This document shows positions 11,501 to 24,700 of a stretch of DNA of 64,000 nucleotides, one piece after another; position 1 is the stretch's first letter, and each line of letters begins with the position of its first letter. Where the stretch lies: the NCBI GenBank assembly GCA_012295275.1, contig CM022674.1, positions 6,820,001 through 6,884,000 of the forward strand, read 5' to 3'. The notes beneath the pieces are model-generated. The model was not told the DNA's origin. It saw nothing but the letters and a program-made list of their open reading frames with translations, and searched no databases. A program made the position numbers and the translations under genes. The DNA comes from Chrysomallon squamiferum. Taxonomy: Eukaryota; Animalia; Mollusca.

Positions 11501-13966
11501 GATGGGATTCATAAATAAAGAATGAGAAGAACAAAACAAAAATAACAATTGCAATAATTTGTAACATCAAAGTAAAGATTAATATATATAAAACAAACTC
11601 TTTCATATTAATCATATGACTTCTCAGAAACAAAAGATACTGTCAGTATGAATTTACACCATGGACTTTGTAATAATAATAATAATATTAAAATAGAATT
11701 AAAACTTAAAATAAATGAAATTCTATATCAGAAGCTCTGTGTCTATTATATGACCTCTCAAAAACACTAGATTTTGATTTTAATATATGCAACCTCTGAA
11801 TTCCTATATGAACTTTGTAATACTCATATTAAATAAAAATGAATAAAATTACCTTAATGAAAATCTACACCAGAAATGACCAGCATGTTTAGATCTGTGT
11901 CTGACAGCTAAAAAAGCTGTCATATAAGGTGAAGCACTGTCTTCAAAATACACATACTTCATTCTGAATGTTCTCTCAACCACTGAACTTCAACAAATAA
12001 CTGGCTATATCTTTTTTCACTGGTGAGAAATCTGTTTTATTAACAAATTCCTTTGACTCTTGCAGTCACATTGGTTAGCATCTGTTTTAACAATGTTCAC
12101 ACGATAGTTGTGAACAGCAACATAATACCTATTGTACAATTGTGTCTACTGAGAACTCAGCTCTTTGTACACCCGTACTACACACAGGTAGGGAAACTGA
12201 CCTAACAATGTGGTAATGATTATGGGAATTATTTAATATTATCACCTGAAGATCTAAGAAATGTGAAAAGAGTTTCCCAGGTTTGACCGCCATTCACACA
12301 ATAAGCAGTTCACAAGGGAAAGTAAGTTTAGTTAAAACTTTATTGTGAAAATGTACTGTCACCAACACATTAGCACCCAATTTCTTTTCTCAGAAATATC
12401 ACATTTCAAGATTATTTACAAATTACATGATCTTGTGTGTCTTAAAAGAAAAGATAAAAAAGTGCAGAACAACAAACCCTAATGTACACACTAATAAATG
12501 ATTAATCAATATGACAGAAAATAATGAAAATTATTTAAAATTACTATTTAAAAAACAACAACAACAATAATATGACCAAATAGAAAATTAAAGAGAAACA
12601 TTAAACACTAAATTAGATTTAAAGTTTTCAAATAAATAATCAAATTATCTGTGTGATGTTGTCTTTCAATATTATAATTTATTAATTATAATAAATTTTT
12701 CTGCAATAGCTATCTGGTAAAATGCATAAATTATGTTTAAAAATAATAACTGCAATAGAAGAACTAAAATTTGCATTTTGACAGATGACCTATCTTAAAC
12801 AGAATAAATGAATTAAAATAAAAAGTATATTACTAAATGAAAATTAAAGTCTTTCCACACAACTTACCTTGCAGGCATCCATATATTAAAATGAAAACAT
12901 ATCACTTTGTCCAGTTTTGCTATGTTACAATATTCCGCATGTTCATATTTGGAGTCCTCAAAATACATATACTTCATGATGTCACAAATTTAAAAAAAAA
13001 TACTAAACAACCACACTGATCTAACTACTTTAAGATAACTTTCATTTAATGAACTGAAACACAGACTGTTGCTTTTTATGGTGAAAAAGGTGACAATGTT
13101 TCCAAAAAGCATTAAGTGACACTAAAACACAGAAAAACCATCCACTCAGTGCAGGTGAAAAAAAAGCTATTGTGGTCTACAGCAAACTACTGCAGTTAAA
13201 TAACTGTAATGAAATCAGTGAATTGCATCTAAGTCTGGCATTAAAAGCCAGTGGATAAATACATCAATGCCAATGGGAACAGAGAAGGGGTTAACACAGA
13301 AAGGAGATGATTGGGCCCATTGTAAACAAAAGGGTTAATCTTTTGCTGGACTATGCAGTGATCAAGGAAATGGGTGTCAGAACATCCAGGCAATTCCCTA
13401 CAGCTACTGACCACTAAAGAGAGCTGCCAAAGGAGAATACTGCTTGTGTTTGTATTTTTATATAAAGTTTAGACACCTTGAAACACCTGTGTTGCAATTA
13501 GGAGACAAATTAAGACAACAGATTTGGGACTATCAAATGCTTGACCAATAATATAACTGTCAAGAGTCAACAGTGAAAAAAAAAAAAAAAATGAAATAAA
13601 ATAAATAAATAAATAAAATAACAAATAATAAAATAACAATAAATAAAATAAAATAAAATAAAATGAAAATAAAATAAAACAGAATAAGATAAGATAAACT
13701 AAAATAAAATAATATAAAATAAAGATTTAAAAAAAAAAAAAAAAAAGTGTTTTAAAGAAATAAATAGGTTAACATTTTAATTTAAGCATATATCTAATTA
13801 TTTATTTGTATGTGTAAAAGTTCTGAATTCAAGACTACACATACGTTTAAAGGTTAAACTTAATGTTATCTTATGCACTTGTGTGTAGTTTGTGGTGTGT
13901 GATATGTAGTATGTGATGTTGTATGATATGTGGGATATGTGTAGAATATGGTATGTGGTATGGTAT

Positions 13967-14000
<34 letters not shown>

Positions 14001-17000
14001 CTCTGCATATAAAAGACAAAAATAAATGAAAAAAAGAGTTTATATTTAAGATACAGATTAATCATAAAATCTACTCACTACATTCTGATCGATTTAGATT
14101 AATTTTAAATACAAGAAGGTTTATTTATTTTAAAACCTGTTTACATGATTGAATGTGGTTTTTTTAAAAATAATCCAATAACGATTCTGTACAACAAACT
14201 TTAACATTTTCCAGTTCAAAAGTAAAAATATTATTCCTAAATTAGAACAGATAATATTTACTAATTCTCTACTTACATCAACAGTGAACACAAATATGTC
14301 TTCCTTGTTATTTTACTCTAACAATGATCAATGCTACATTTGATATCAAAGTAGGCGAAGAAAATTTGGAATACTCCTACGATTTCTTAAATATTTCAAT
14401 TCTTTCTTTGTCGCAAATAGTTGCACACCATGTGTATATTTGTTCTTGTAATTACGTGAGGAATTCTCTTCTTGACCAATCGCTATTCAACATTAAACAG
14501 ACTTCCTATGTTTGCCGAATTCCACACTCAAACTCTGAGAATTACTAGAACAATCTCAAATGTACACATCAGCAATGAGGTTTTTAGTTCAAATAATTGA
14601 GAAATAAATGAAATCATGAACTAGAAGATTAAATTTTTTTTTTTAAATATTGGCTTATTTAATGACAAAAGTAATGCACACAGATAGACCAATAGATCGA
14701 TATAGATAGAGAAACAGACACACAGACACACACACACATAAACAATCTTCTAACAAAAACTATAACATTTTTGTTTTTGAGTTAAAGTTGTTTTTGTCAT
14801 GATTAATTACTATGCTTAAATAAAACAGGTATGTGCATGATTTTAATACCAAACAGTAACCATGCATATAAATCATACAACTATGATAAGGGGCAGATTA
14901 TATCAGCATTAGACAAAATGAGACAGATATAAGTGTACATATATTAACAGCCATACACACCTGTACATATTACACATACCTAATCCTACAACAGTTTAAT
15001 GAGTGGTTTTCTTAATCTCTCTGATGATGTATAGTAAAAATATGTGATAGCTAATAACTAGAAGTCAAACAGTCCTGTCTAACCAATAGACTAACACAGC
15101 ATGATGCTTATCTGGCATCTTTAACCCCCCATCATGATGTAGTTAAACATTACTGAGTCTTTTTTGAAATTACAGTTTGGACAAATTCTTACTTTTGTTA
15201 TGTGGCAACAGCTTTGGATAATCGTTAGTTCTCTGTTGTTACATCAGTAATTTCACACTTAAATATTGAGCAATCGCTCTTTCATCTTTCACATCATAAT
15301 GGTTTTTTTTTTTTTATATATATGTTAGAAAGAAAAAGTTTTAAAGAATTTATTTGGGGATGGGCTGTAATGTAAGGGTACTTGCTTCTAGAGATGTGAT
15401 AATAGCTGTGTGTGTGTGAGTGTGCATATGTGTGTGTGCATGCATGCATGTGTGTGTGTGTGTGTTTGAGTGTGTGCATATGTATGTGTGCATGCATGTG
15501 TGTGTAAATGTATGTTATGTGTTAATAAGTGTTATATGTTTGTTCCTATGTGAAAAGATAGTAGTCAGTTTGAAAACAGAGGCCAGTATTATCCTTTTAC
15601 AAGACAGCCATTAAAAAAATTCACTTATAAATTTAAAAAAAAATAAAAATAAATAAATAGTGACATCTATCTAATTATCTATACAGTGACATGAACAAAA
15701 TATTATTTATTTATTTATTCTTACACTGTACTTATTAAAAGTTAAAACTGCATCATTCTGCCAAAAACTAATTTATGTTTGATCAGAGAATGTCAATGTT
15801 ACATGAATTTACTTAAGCATTTTAACAATCTTGCCTTTCTGGTATGTGAAACATCAGCATTAACCGATCACTAAGATCTTCATTAACATCAAATACTACA
15901 TTCCACAAAGCTGATCTCAGCTTACAACAAAAGTGTTAAACATACAGATGTAATAAGATAATAATCATTTTCAGTCTTAAATAATTTGTTTCGGTCTTTG
16001 CCAAGAAAAAAAAAAAAAAAAATATCTCTGTCAATAGACTGCACAAGGTTAAAGGGATACACTCTTCAAACAAAGAAATATTGATTGTGTGTGCATCTTA
16101 CATTAGTCTTCTAGTAATTTGATTTGTTCAGCACTTTGGGGAATAATGTTTTTATAATAAATTTGTGTCTTTAACTGTCCTTAAATATACATGTTTTTGG
16201 TTCTTACTGCATTTTTGTGTGCTTTTTTGTGTATGTAGCTGAATGGATGCAGATATGTATAGATGCATAAATTTATGTGTGTGTGTGTGCATGTGCACGT
16301 GTGCATGCATGTGTGTGTGTGTGTCTGTCTTTCTCCATGTAGTATACATGTATTTATGTATTGATGTAAGAATGTATGTATGTATATACAAATGTTTGTA
16401 TGTAACTATATATGTATATTTGAAGATATACATGCAATAGAATACAAATATACATCTTATTTTTTAACCACTGACAATCAGAACATTACAGGGAATATCT
16501 TCCTTGTCCCAAACATAATAAATCAATAAATATTTTATTAAAAATATCATTTATTTCTAAATTCAATCACTACAAAACACACATTCCATTACCAGCGATC
16601 TCCAGTGCATTGCGTTCTTTTGAAAAGATAAATAAGTGGAAATTCCAAAAGTAGGCATAAATTATGCAATAAATTGAGAGAAAAATATTTCACAGTGGAA
16701 TGTTAAACTGGACTGTGCTGAATAGAAACATCCATAATAGATTAGTGAAAGCCAAGCTAAAATCAGTGTTCATGTACTTGCTATTTAGATGATTAAGTAG
16801 AACATTTTTTGAATAACTGAACACCTGGAATATACTGTACAACCATGAGAAGGTGTGCAGATGTCTTTATGTTTTAGTTTTTGCATCAAAACTGATTATC
16901 ATGTTAAATGATCTGAACAAATATGATTTTATTTTAAATAAATGTAGATGAGCACAGAAAAAAAAAAAATAATAATAATAATAATAATAGTAATAATAAA

Positions 17001-18401
17001 TACATAAATAAATAAATAAATAAAAATAGATGAATATGCAGTTAGGAAAGATTGTATGTAAATAAATGTGATATTGTAATCTTCATTATATTTCATTTCA
17101 CCTCTCTCTTTCTCTCTCTCTCTCTCTCTGATACATACACACATACATACACACTCAGACACAATCACGCTAACACACACATACACAAACACATACACAT
17201 ACATTCATTCAAACTTGTGCTGATCCCATGAATTAATTAAATAAAAAGTCATGAAATTTCTGTCTCTCTGCACAGTGCTAAAAGATACGATATCATTTAT
17301 TAACAACTATAACATATGAAATTCTTTTAATTCAAAAATGTCTTTTTGCATTCAAACAAAATAATTTCAAACTTTTAAATTTTGATTCTCCTAGGAAATG
17401 TAATACAAAAGGCATTCAAAACAAAAACTATTAAACAAGACTTATTTATACAAGGCCTTTTCTTATTATTAAAATTAGACAAAGACTGAATAAAAACATT
17501 CACTTTCGAATAATAGCAACAACCAAAATAGCAATAAAAATGATAATAAACATTGCATGAGATCATGAAAAAATAATTGCTTATAAAGCTTTGAAAAGGA
17601 TCTTTTTACAATATAAAATCATTGCATGAGACATATTTGTACTGTGAAAATAATAATATAAAAACTGGTGTGTTTTTTGTTTTGTTCAATACACATCTGC
17701 TTTGAAAAAGATTATGTAAAACTAAAACCAATGATTAAAAAGATTTTTTTAATTTTTTAATTTTTGTTTATTGTTTGTTGTTAAATGTATCTAAATTAAA
17801 ATCATTGCCATGAGACATATTTGTATGTGGGTGAAAAAAAAAAAAGCTAGGGAACAGCCCATTTGTGTTAAAATGATAAGCTAGCAGGGATTCAATGAAA
17901 CACTTTTTAGATTCTGCTTGAGTTGATGATTACAATAAATGTCTTGTAACATTTATTAACCAGTCTAGCAGAAGCAACAAAAAACTTGTCCCTTTTACTG
18001 TTGTGAACAATAAACAGACGACGCTATACAACTACTGAGGCATACAGCTAACCACAAAGGGAAACACTCAAGTGAAAACATTATTCTCATGATTCATATG
18101 TTTATTTTAAAATAAATTTATTCATAAGTGCATTTTAATATAAAATGCTATTTATAAGTGTATTTTAATATAAATTTGTTATTCGTAAGTTTATTTTAAT
18201 CCACACTGTTAAATTTATATAGGCAAACATCATTCCTTAAACCAGTTTATAATGCTATCCTTAGTAATTGAAGACTGTATTATTTGTGGTATGCGCTCCT
18301 TACATCTGCCACATTTTTCAACTGACTCTATAAAAGCAGAAGTAATAAAATGATTTTAAATACTAATCACAGTTTATCAAAATTATACTGATATGTGTTT
18401 T

Positions 18402-18439
<38 letters not shown>

Positions 18440-21400
18440 CTTCTTTCATACTCTCATTCTCTGTACCCTTCTTTCTCTTTTTTGTTTTTTTTTTTTTAAA
18501 AATAATTTGTATTATGCTTTTCAAAATTCTTTGCTATATCAAAAAGTATTATACACTATTACAATAATCTTTTCAGACAAAAGTATAAATAAAAACTTAA
18601 ATAAAGGGTAACACCTATACATTAAAATTTATATCTTTTCATTTAACAACATTCTGAAAAATAAACCACTTTTGAACTTTTTAGAAATATTTCTAGAACT
18701 AAAATATTTTAAACATCCAACAATTTATTCCATAATTTTAATTCCATACAATTTTCTGCAGTGATATGAAACAGATTTTACCCTGCTGTTTCAGTAAGAA
18801 AAAAACAAACAATAGAAATAAAACTTAGAAAAAACAAAAACATTTCAAACTAATCCCAGTTTGAAAAAATAATTTTGTAAAAAAAAAGTAACCTCAAGTG
18901 CAAACAAGACTACAAATTAGGAAATTAAATGAAACAATGATTGAAACTATGATCAGTGGAAGGCAAATTTTTTATCATGTTTTATCTGGCATACATTCTA
19001 AACAAGCGACAAAATATTTTGAAAAGACCAGCAAACATGGCTGTCTGTGTGTTAACAGACTACAACAGACATCGTTAACTCACCTGAGTCTAGGTCGGCC
19101 ATCTACCTGATCGTGAAACTTCTTCCGTTTTTTCCTCAAGAACAATCGGAACAAGCTCATGTCATAATAATACGGCATACTTTGTCCATTTCCGTGAGAA
19201 TTTTAAAACAACAAAACACACAACAAATATCCTCACTACATGGGTACGATCCTCAAAAAAAACGTCTACCCGTGAAATGGCATGCTAACCTGGCTACCGC
19301 TGGTCATGGTTTGGTGAACACAGTAAAATATTGATCCACAGCTTCAACAATATGTTGAGTTTTTCGTCCCACCGATCAATGAATTACAACAGTTGGTTAA
19401 CATCAAGGTCTGGCAGATGATACTTGTCTGTCCAACTTGTTTATAATTGGTGGGGCAGAATACACATCAGCTATTTGTCCACACAGTGTGAATACTCTCA
19501 CTTAACAGTCACTGTGTTATTAAAAATAGATATTAAGAAACACGTCAAGTTTTAGTTCAGATTTTCACTCACTTCAACATTTTTCTTTACTAAGAGTTGA
19601 TGAAATTATCGAATAATAATCTTAAATATAACTGCTTGCTTTAAATTATCAGATTTTATTTCTGTTAATCATTATGATAATTCCAGTTAAAAATACAGCT
19701 GTTTGCTAATGACTACTAAGGTATACAAGCAAGATATATATTACAACTATATTTGCAAAGACTTCACATCTCTGATGAAATTCACAACAAAAAATATTTC
19801 TGATGAAATTCACTAGTTTTTGTGGAGAAACCTTTTTCCAAATAATAATTTTGTAATCTCATTTACTTCAAGACAACTAATCAATCCTGTTTTTTAAATA
19901 TTCACACAAATACTACCTTTGGCCACATAGAATTGGATTACTGAAATGATTATATGTTTTAAACATGTTTATAATTTCTAACAGTTTTCACCAAAATCTA
20001 CACATCACATGAACTACTCTAAGTTACACAGGTATGCTGTCCAGCTCGTCAAGCCCCAGGTGTTAAACGTACTGTCCTGTGAGTCCCAACTGCTTGTTAA
20101 TTCACAATGCTTGACCTGTCAACTACGTAACTGCAGTGAAAGACGGCAAACAGAGAAGTGATTGAGTCTTATGATGACAAGGCCAGCATGCTTTCTGTCC
20201 TACATCTCTGCAAACAGGACATTTCTATGATGTTCAAGGCAGCTGTAAGGACGAGAGAACAAATGGACTGCAGCAGGTAAACAGAGAAATCTCTCCATGT
20301 TGTAACCATAACCTAGTGAGATCTCCACTCCATTCCCTGGATTAAATAGCTGACATACTTCAAATTCCACAAACAGACGACATTTTCCTTTGACATTTAC
20401 ACTGGGACCAATTTCTGAAGATAAACACTGTCGCACACAAATATATCACAGCTATTAACTTTAAATTTTCAAAGTAATGCACATCTAATGTAATTTGAAC
20501 ACAAGTTTTCATTCTTTTTATTTTTCTCTTTCATTTTAGATTTTTGATTTTAATTTTAAAAATCATAACTTTTAAAATCTTCATTATTCTTTCTGTATTC
20601 TTTTATTTATTTTTTTTATATCATTTAATTATTTTTTACCTTTTTAAAAGAAATTCTAAACATTAAAAATTAAAACCACATTAAATAAGAGAAATAGTTT
20701 AAAGTTATTATCAACAAACTTTATCTCAAACTTATTTCTAACTGGGAGAAATTGCCTCAAGTGTTATACACATATTACAACAAAATATGTAAATGTTTTC
20801 CTTTTTATCTTCTATATTATTATTTTTTTTAAATTTGAAAACATTTTAATTGTTTTTTTTTTTTTGTTTTGTTTTTATTATTATTTTTTTTTTTTGTTGT
20901 TGTTGTTGGTTTTCTTTTTTTCTTTTTTTGTTCATATTTTATATAAAAAGATGTTCTCATTATAATATATAGCATTTTGTAATCTGATATTTGACAAGTA
21001 TTAAATTGAAAATGTCTCATGGAAAATAAAATTGATTTTATGTTTTTTTAAATATAACATAAAACATTGAAGTACAAGAACATTGCCTTAAGAACTGAAA
21101 TTTATTTGAAAAGGGATAAAATTAAAACAACAAAATTCTAAAAAAAAACCTTCAAAAAAGTTAAAACTCTAAAGATATATATCTCAATAACAAGATTTAC
21201 AAGCATGAATACTGTTTTAAGTTTCTATTTTATGTAAATAAATTTAAAATTTTTATATAAACATATCTCAGTGTACTGTTTAATAATTTCTAGTGAAATG
21301 AACAGAAATAACTGCAAAGAAAACTGAGGTAAAAATAAATTTAAAAATGACAAATAAATTCTTAAGATGGAAGTATAAAATTTCCAGACATTAAAATTAT

Positions 21401-21692
21401 GAGATGTATTTTCCAACATTCATTGTGTCTCAGACTTGGGAGTCTGTGATAGTGCTAGCTGAAAATATATACACTCAACAAAAAAGTTAGAGATCATGAA
21501 ATATTTTTATGTCAAAAACATGTACACTTTTCCATTTTAAGTGTTGATAAATTAGTTTTGTTGGAGAACACTGGAATGATTGGTTAATAAAATGATGTGG
21601 AATGTGCTATCCTGTCAATGGGTATGTGCTTAAAAAACATCTATTGCTGCTCATAGCTAATGGTTGCAATGGATTTTCTTCTGTCATTTTAT

Positions 21693-21749
<57 letters not shown>

Positions 21750-24700
21750 GCAATTGTAACAATTAATAATGATGGATTTTAGAAAAAATAATTTGATATC
21801 CTGCAATTTTGTTATTTTTTTTATTTTTACTTCCAACATCAACGTGACAGTCATTAAAGTCTTTTTGTTCAGTACAAGTTTATCATTCTCTTCTAGACAG
21901 ATATATATTATTATTATCTATCCTCCCCACCTCTTATTTTTTCTTTTTTTTTTTTTCATGTTGTTCAGTATACATCTGCTTTGACTGACTGAAGGTGTGT
22001 GTCTGCTTTGTGACAAAGATACAACAAACTGAGTGGGACAAATTCCACAAATAAAGGCAGGCAAGTTAAACGAGGAAAAGGACAAGAGTTGTGAAGATAC
22101 CTGTCAGTAAAGAGTTCTGTCTACAAAAGGAGTTTTGTCCTGTGGTGGTCAGTGTTTAATGATTCTTTAACAAGCACTATTCATGAGACTTGATGAGAAC
22201 TCACAACTGTGGTCACCTGGGTCAGGAAAACTCTCCAGTTACATGTAATTAATCGTGTTTGCTTTCTCAAAGAAATTCCACACATCAAAGTTAAAACCAC
22301 ACAGGAATTCACTGGGGAATTAATAAGATGAGGCCAAGGACGTATCTGAATATGTCTGAATAATGAGTGGTTTAGATGTGTTTTGTGTGTGTGTGTGTGT
22401 GTTTGTGTGAGTTTGTCTGCCTGTCTGTGAATGTGTTTGTGTCTATAAGTATTCTTTCTGCCCCAGGCTATCATCCTCAATGACAAGTACAATATAACAC
22501 TATTTCTTGTTTCTGAACTTATATACTTATATTGGTTTTGAACAAAAGTTCATACTGTTTTTCAGTAGAATTTGTTTGAACTGTGATTTTGTTTCACAAG
22601 TGATTGAAATATGTGACATCTATACATATATTGATAGGTGGACAAAACAGCACATAGTGGTTAAATAATTCTGCTTTGTCTTTGAACTTCTCTTAAAAAA
22701 TTCTATGAACTTTTGTTCCAACCCAGTATATCAAAATCATCTGAATTACAACAACTATTCCTGTCACATGCATGTAGTTATTATAGAATGATTAAATTGC
22801 ATAAATTATAATTACATAAAATGCTAATTTAGCTAAGTAACTCCTCAAATATTGAAGAGTAAATTATCTCAGGCCAGCTTTATCCAGGTAAATATTTGAT
22901 CAGCTCAAGTTAATTATATGGTCTATTAGATGGCAAGCCAGCTGCAATTAGTACAGGTGTTTCCAGGTAGACAATGCCTGACTGTAGTGCATTGTGTCAC
23001 TTTATGTAACTAGATTAGCCTCAGGGTGTACAAATTAGGTGATCTTTTTCTCAGTTTTTTCTTCTCTCCTGCAGTGGTCAAGTTATCTGATTTGCTGTTG
23101 GTTAAGTACATACCTAACTAAAACCAGTATCTCTAGCATTTTATCTCTGGGTGTATGTATGTGTTGATATATTTGGGCATGTTTATAACAATTTATTTAA
23201 GTGTATGTCTGTTTGTGTTTAGTTATGTGGATGTACAGGTTATGACTGTCTATATTTGTAACATATAAGTATTTGTGGGTGAATGTTGAATTTTTTGTAT
23301 TTGGAAGTGGGAGAAACAGTAAGTAGGTATGTACAATTGTATACATATGCAAATACATCTATCTACGTATTATATTTTTGGAGGAAAAAAAATGTAGTAC
23401 TTCAAATTAAACAAAAAAAAACTAAAACAGTAGAAATATATATATATTACTATTTTAACTATTTTCAAATCCTGACTTCAAGAAAATAAATTGGGTCATC
23501 TTTCTACTTCGGTTCATTAACATTTACCACGCTCTTGATTTACAATAGTTCTGTACTCAAACAGGTCTGAATTTGAGTTACACAATGTATGACTCACAGA
23601 ACAAACAGTGGAGTTATGAAAGGATCTTATACAAGCTTTCACCTGTGACTTAGACAGCTTTTACTGCTAGACAAGAATGCTGTGAGATCAACAGTGTGCT
23701 GACAATGATGGATTCAGTTCCACAGAGAAACTATTTTTGAAAATTGTTCAGGTGTGTCACCTTAAGCTGATTCTTAGACATCACATGACAGTCACTGTTA
23801 AATGATTTATGATGAGGCATATATAATTGACAAACACAAACAAAGACACACATACACATACATACACAAATTTAAAAGATAAATAATCTCTATTTATGTA
23901 ATGGGGGTTGTGTATGTATGGAGGGAAGTGTATGATGCATGTATGTATGTATATGTATATATATGTACAAGTATTTCTGAATATATGGGTGTGCCTGTTT
24001 GCTTTTTCATAAAGGAATTTTTTTTTTCTGAATGTTTCATATGTGTATGTAAAATAATAGATATAAGTGATATTCTTTCTTTCTTTCATATGAGTATGTA
24101 ATATATATTAGACATAAATGATTTTTTTCTCAGTCTCTTTCACATGAACTCTGAAATCTGTAAAATTCTGTTAATCAGAATACTCATAAGAAATTGTGCC
24201 AGTTTAATAAAATTTGATATTTACCAAAGTTAATAATAATACAACAACAACCAATTCGATTATGAATCCATTATTCTGTACTTCTTAGATAGTAATGGTA
24301 GGGTTTTCAAATCTAGCTTATTTTTTAAAAACCAGATCTTTTATTAAGAATACCTTGAGCTTACATGTTATAAAATTTAATAATCTGGTCTAAGCAAAAA
24401 GAGAATGATTAACTAACCAAAATTATAAAGTAGACAACATCAAAGAAAATGATTTGCCTTGATCTATAGAGCCATAACAATAGAGTAACTGACTTTAAAG
24501 AGATATTTAAGATTGTAACAGGCTGACAACAATTTAAGTGTGTTGGTCACTCAAACAATGTCAAGATAAAAAAAGAAAATAAACATTTACAGCAATAGAT
24601 GGAGATTTTCAGTACACAAAGGATGTGACACTAAAAACAAAAATATTACCCTATAAACTATACTTGTAAAATAAGAAAGTAACAAAGTTGTAACAGCTCT

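Noticed and set aside
16592-16658. ATG-initiated 22-codon minus-strand ORF ending at CTG|GTAATG in intron 7
   Set aside because: Phase 0 and weaker donor; cannot join phase-2 exon 8 in frame.
20200-20436. 78-aa minus-strand ORF in complex sequence within intron 7
   Set aside because: Non-ATG start, no recognisable domain and no phase-2 donor found.
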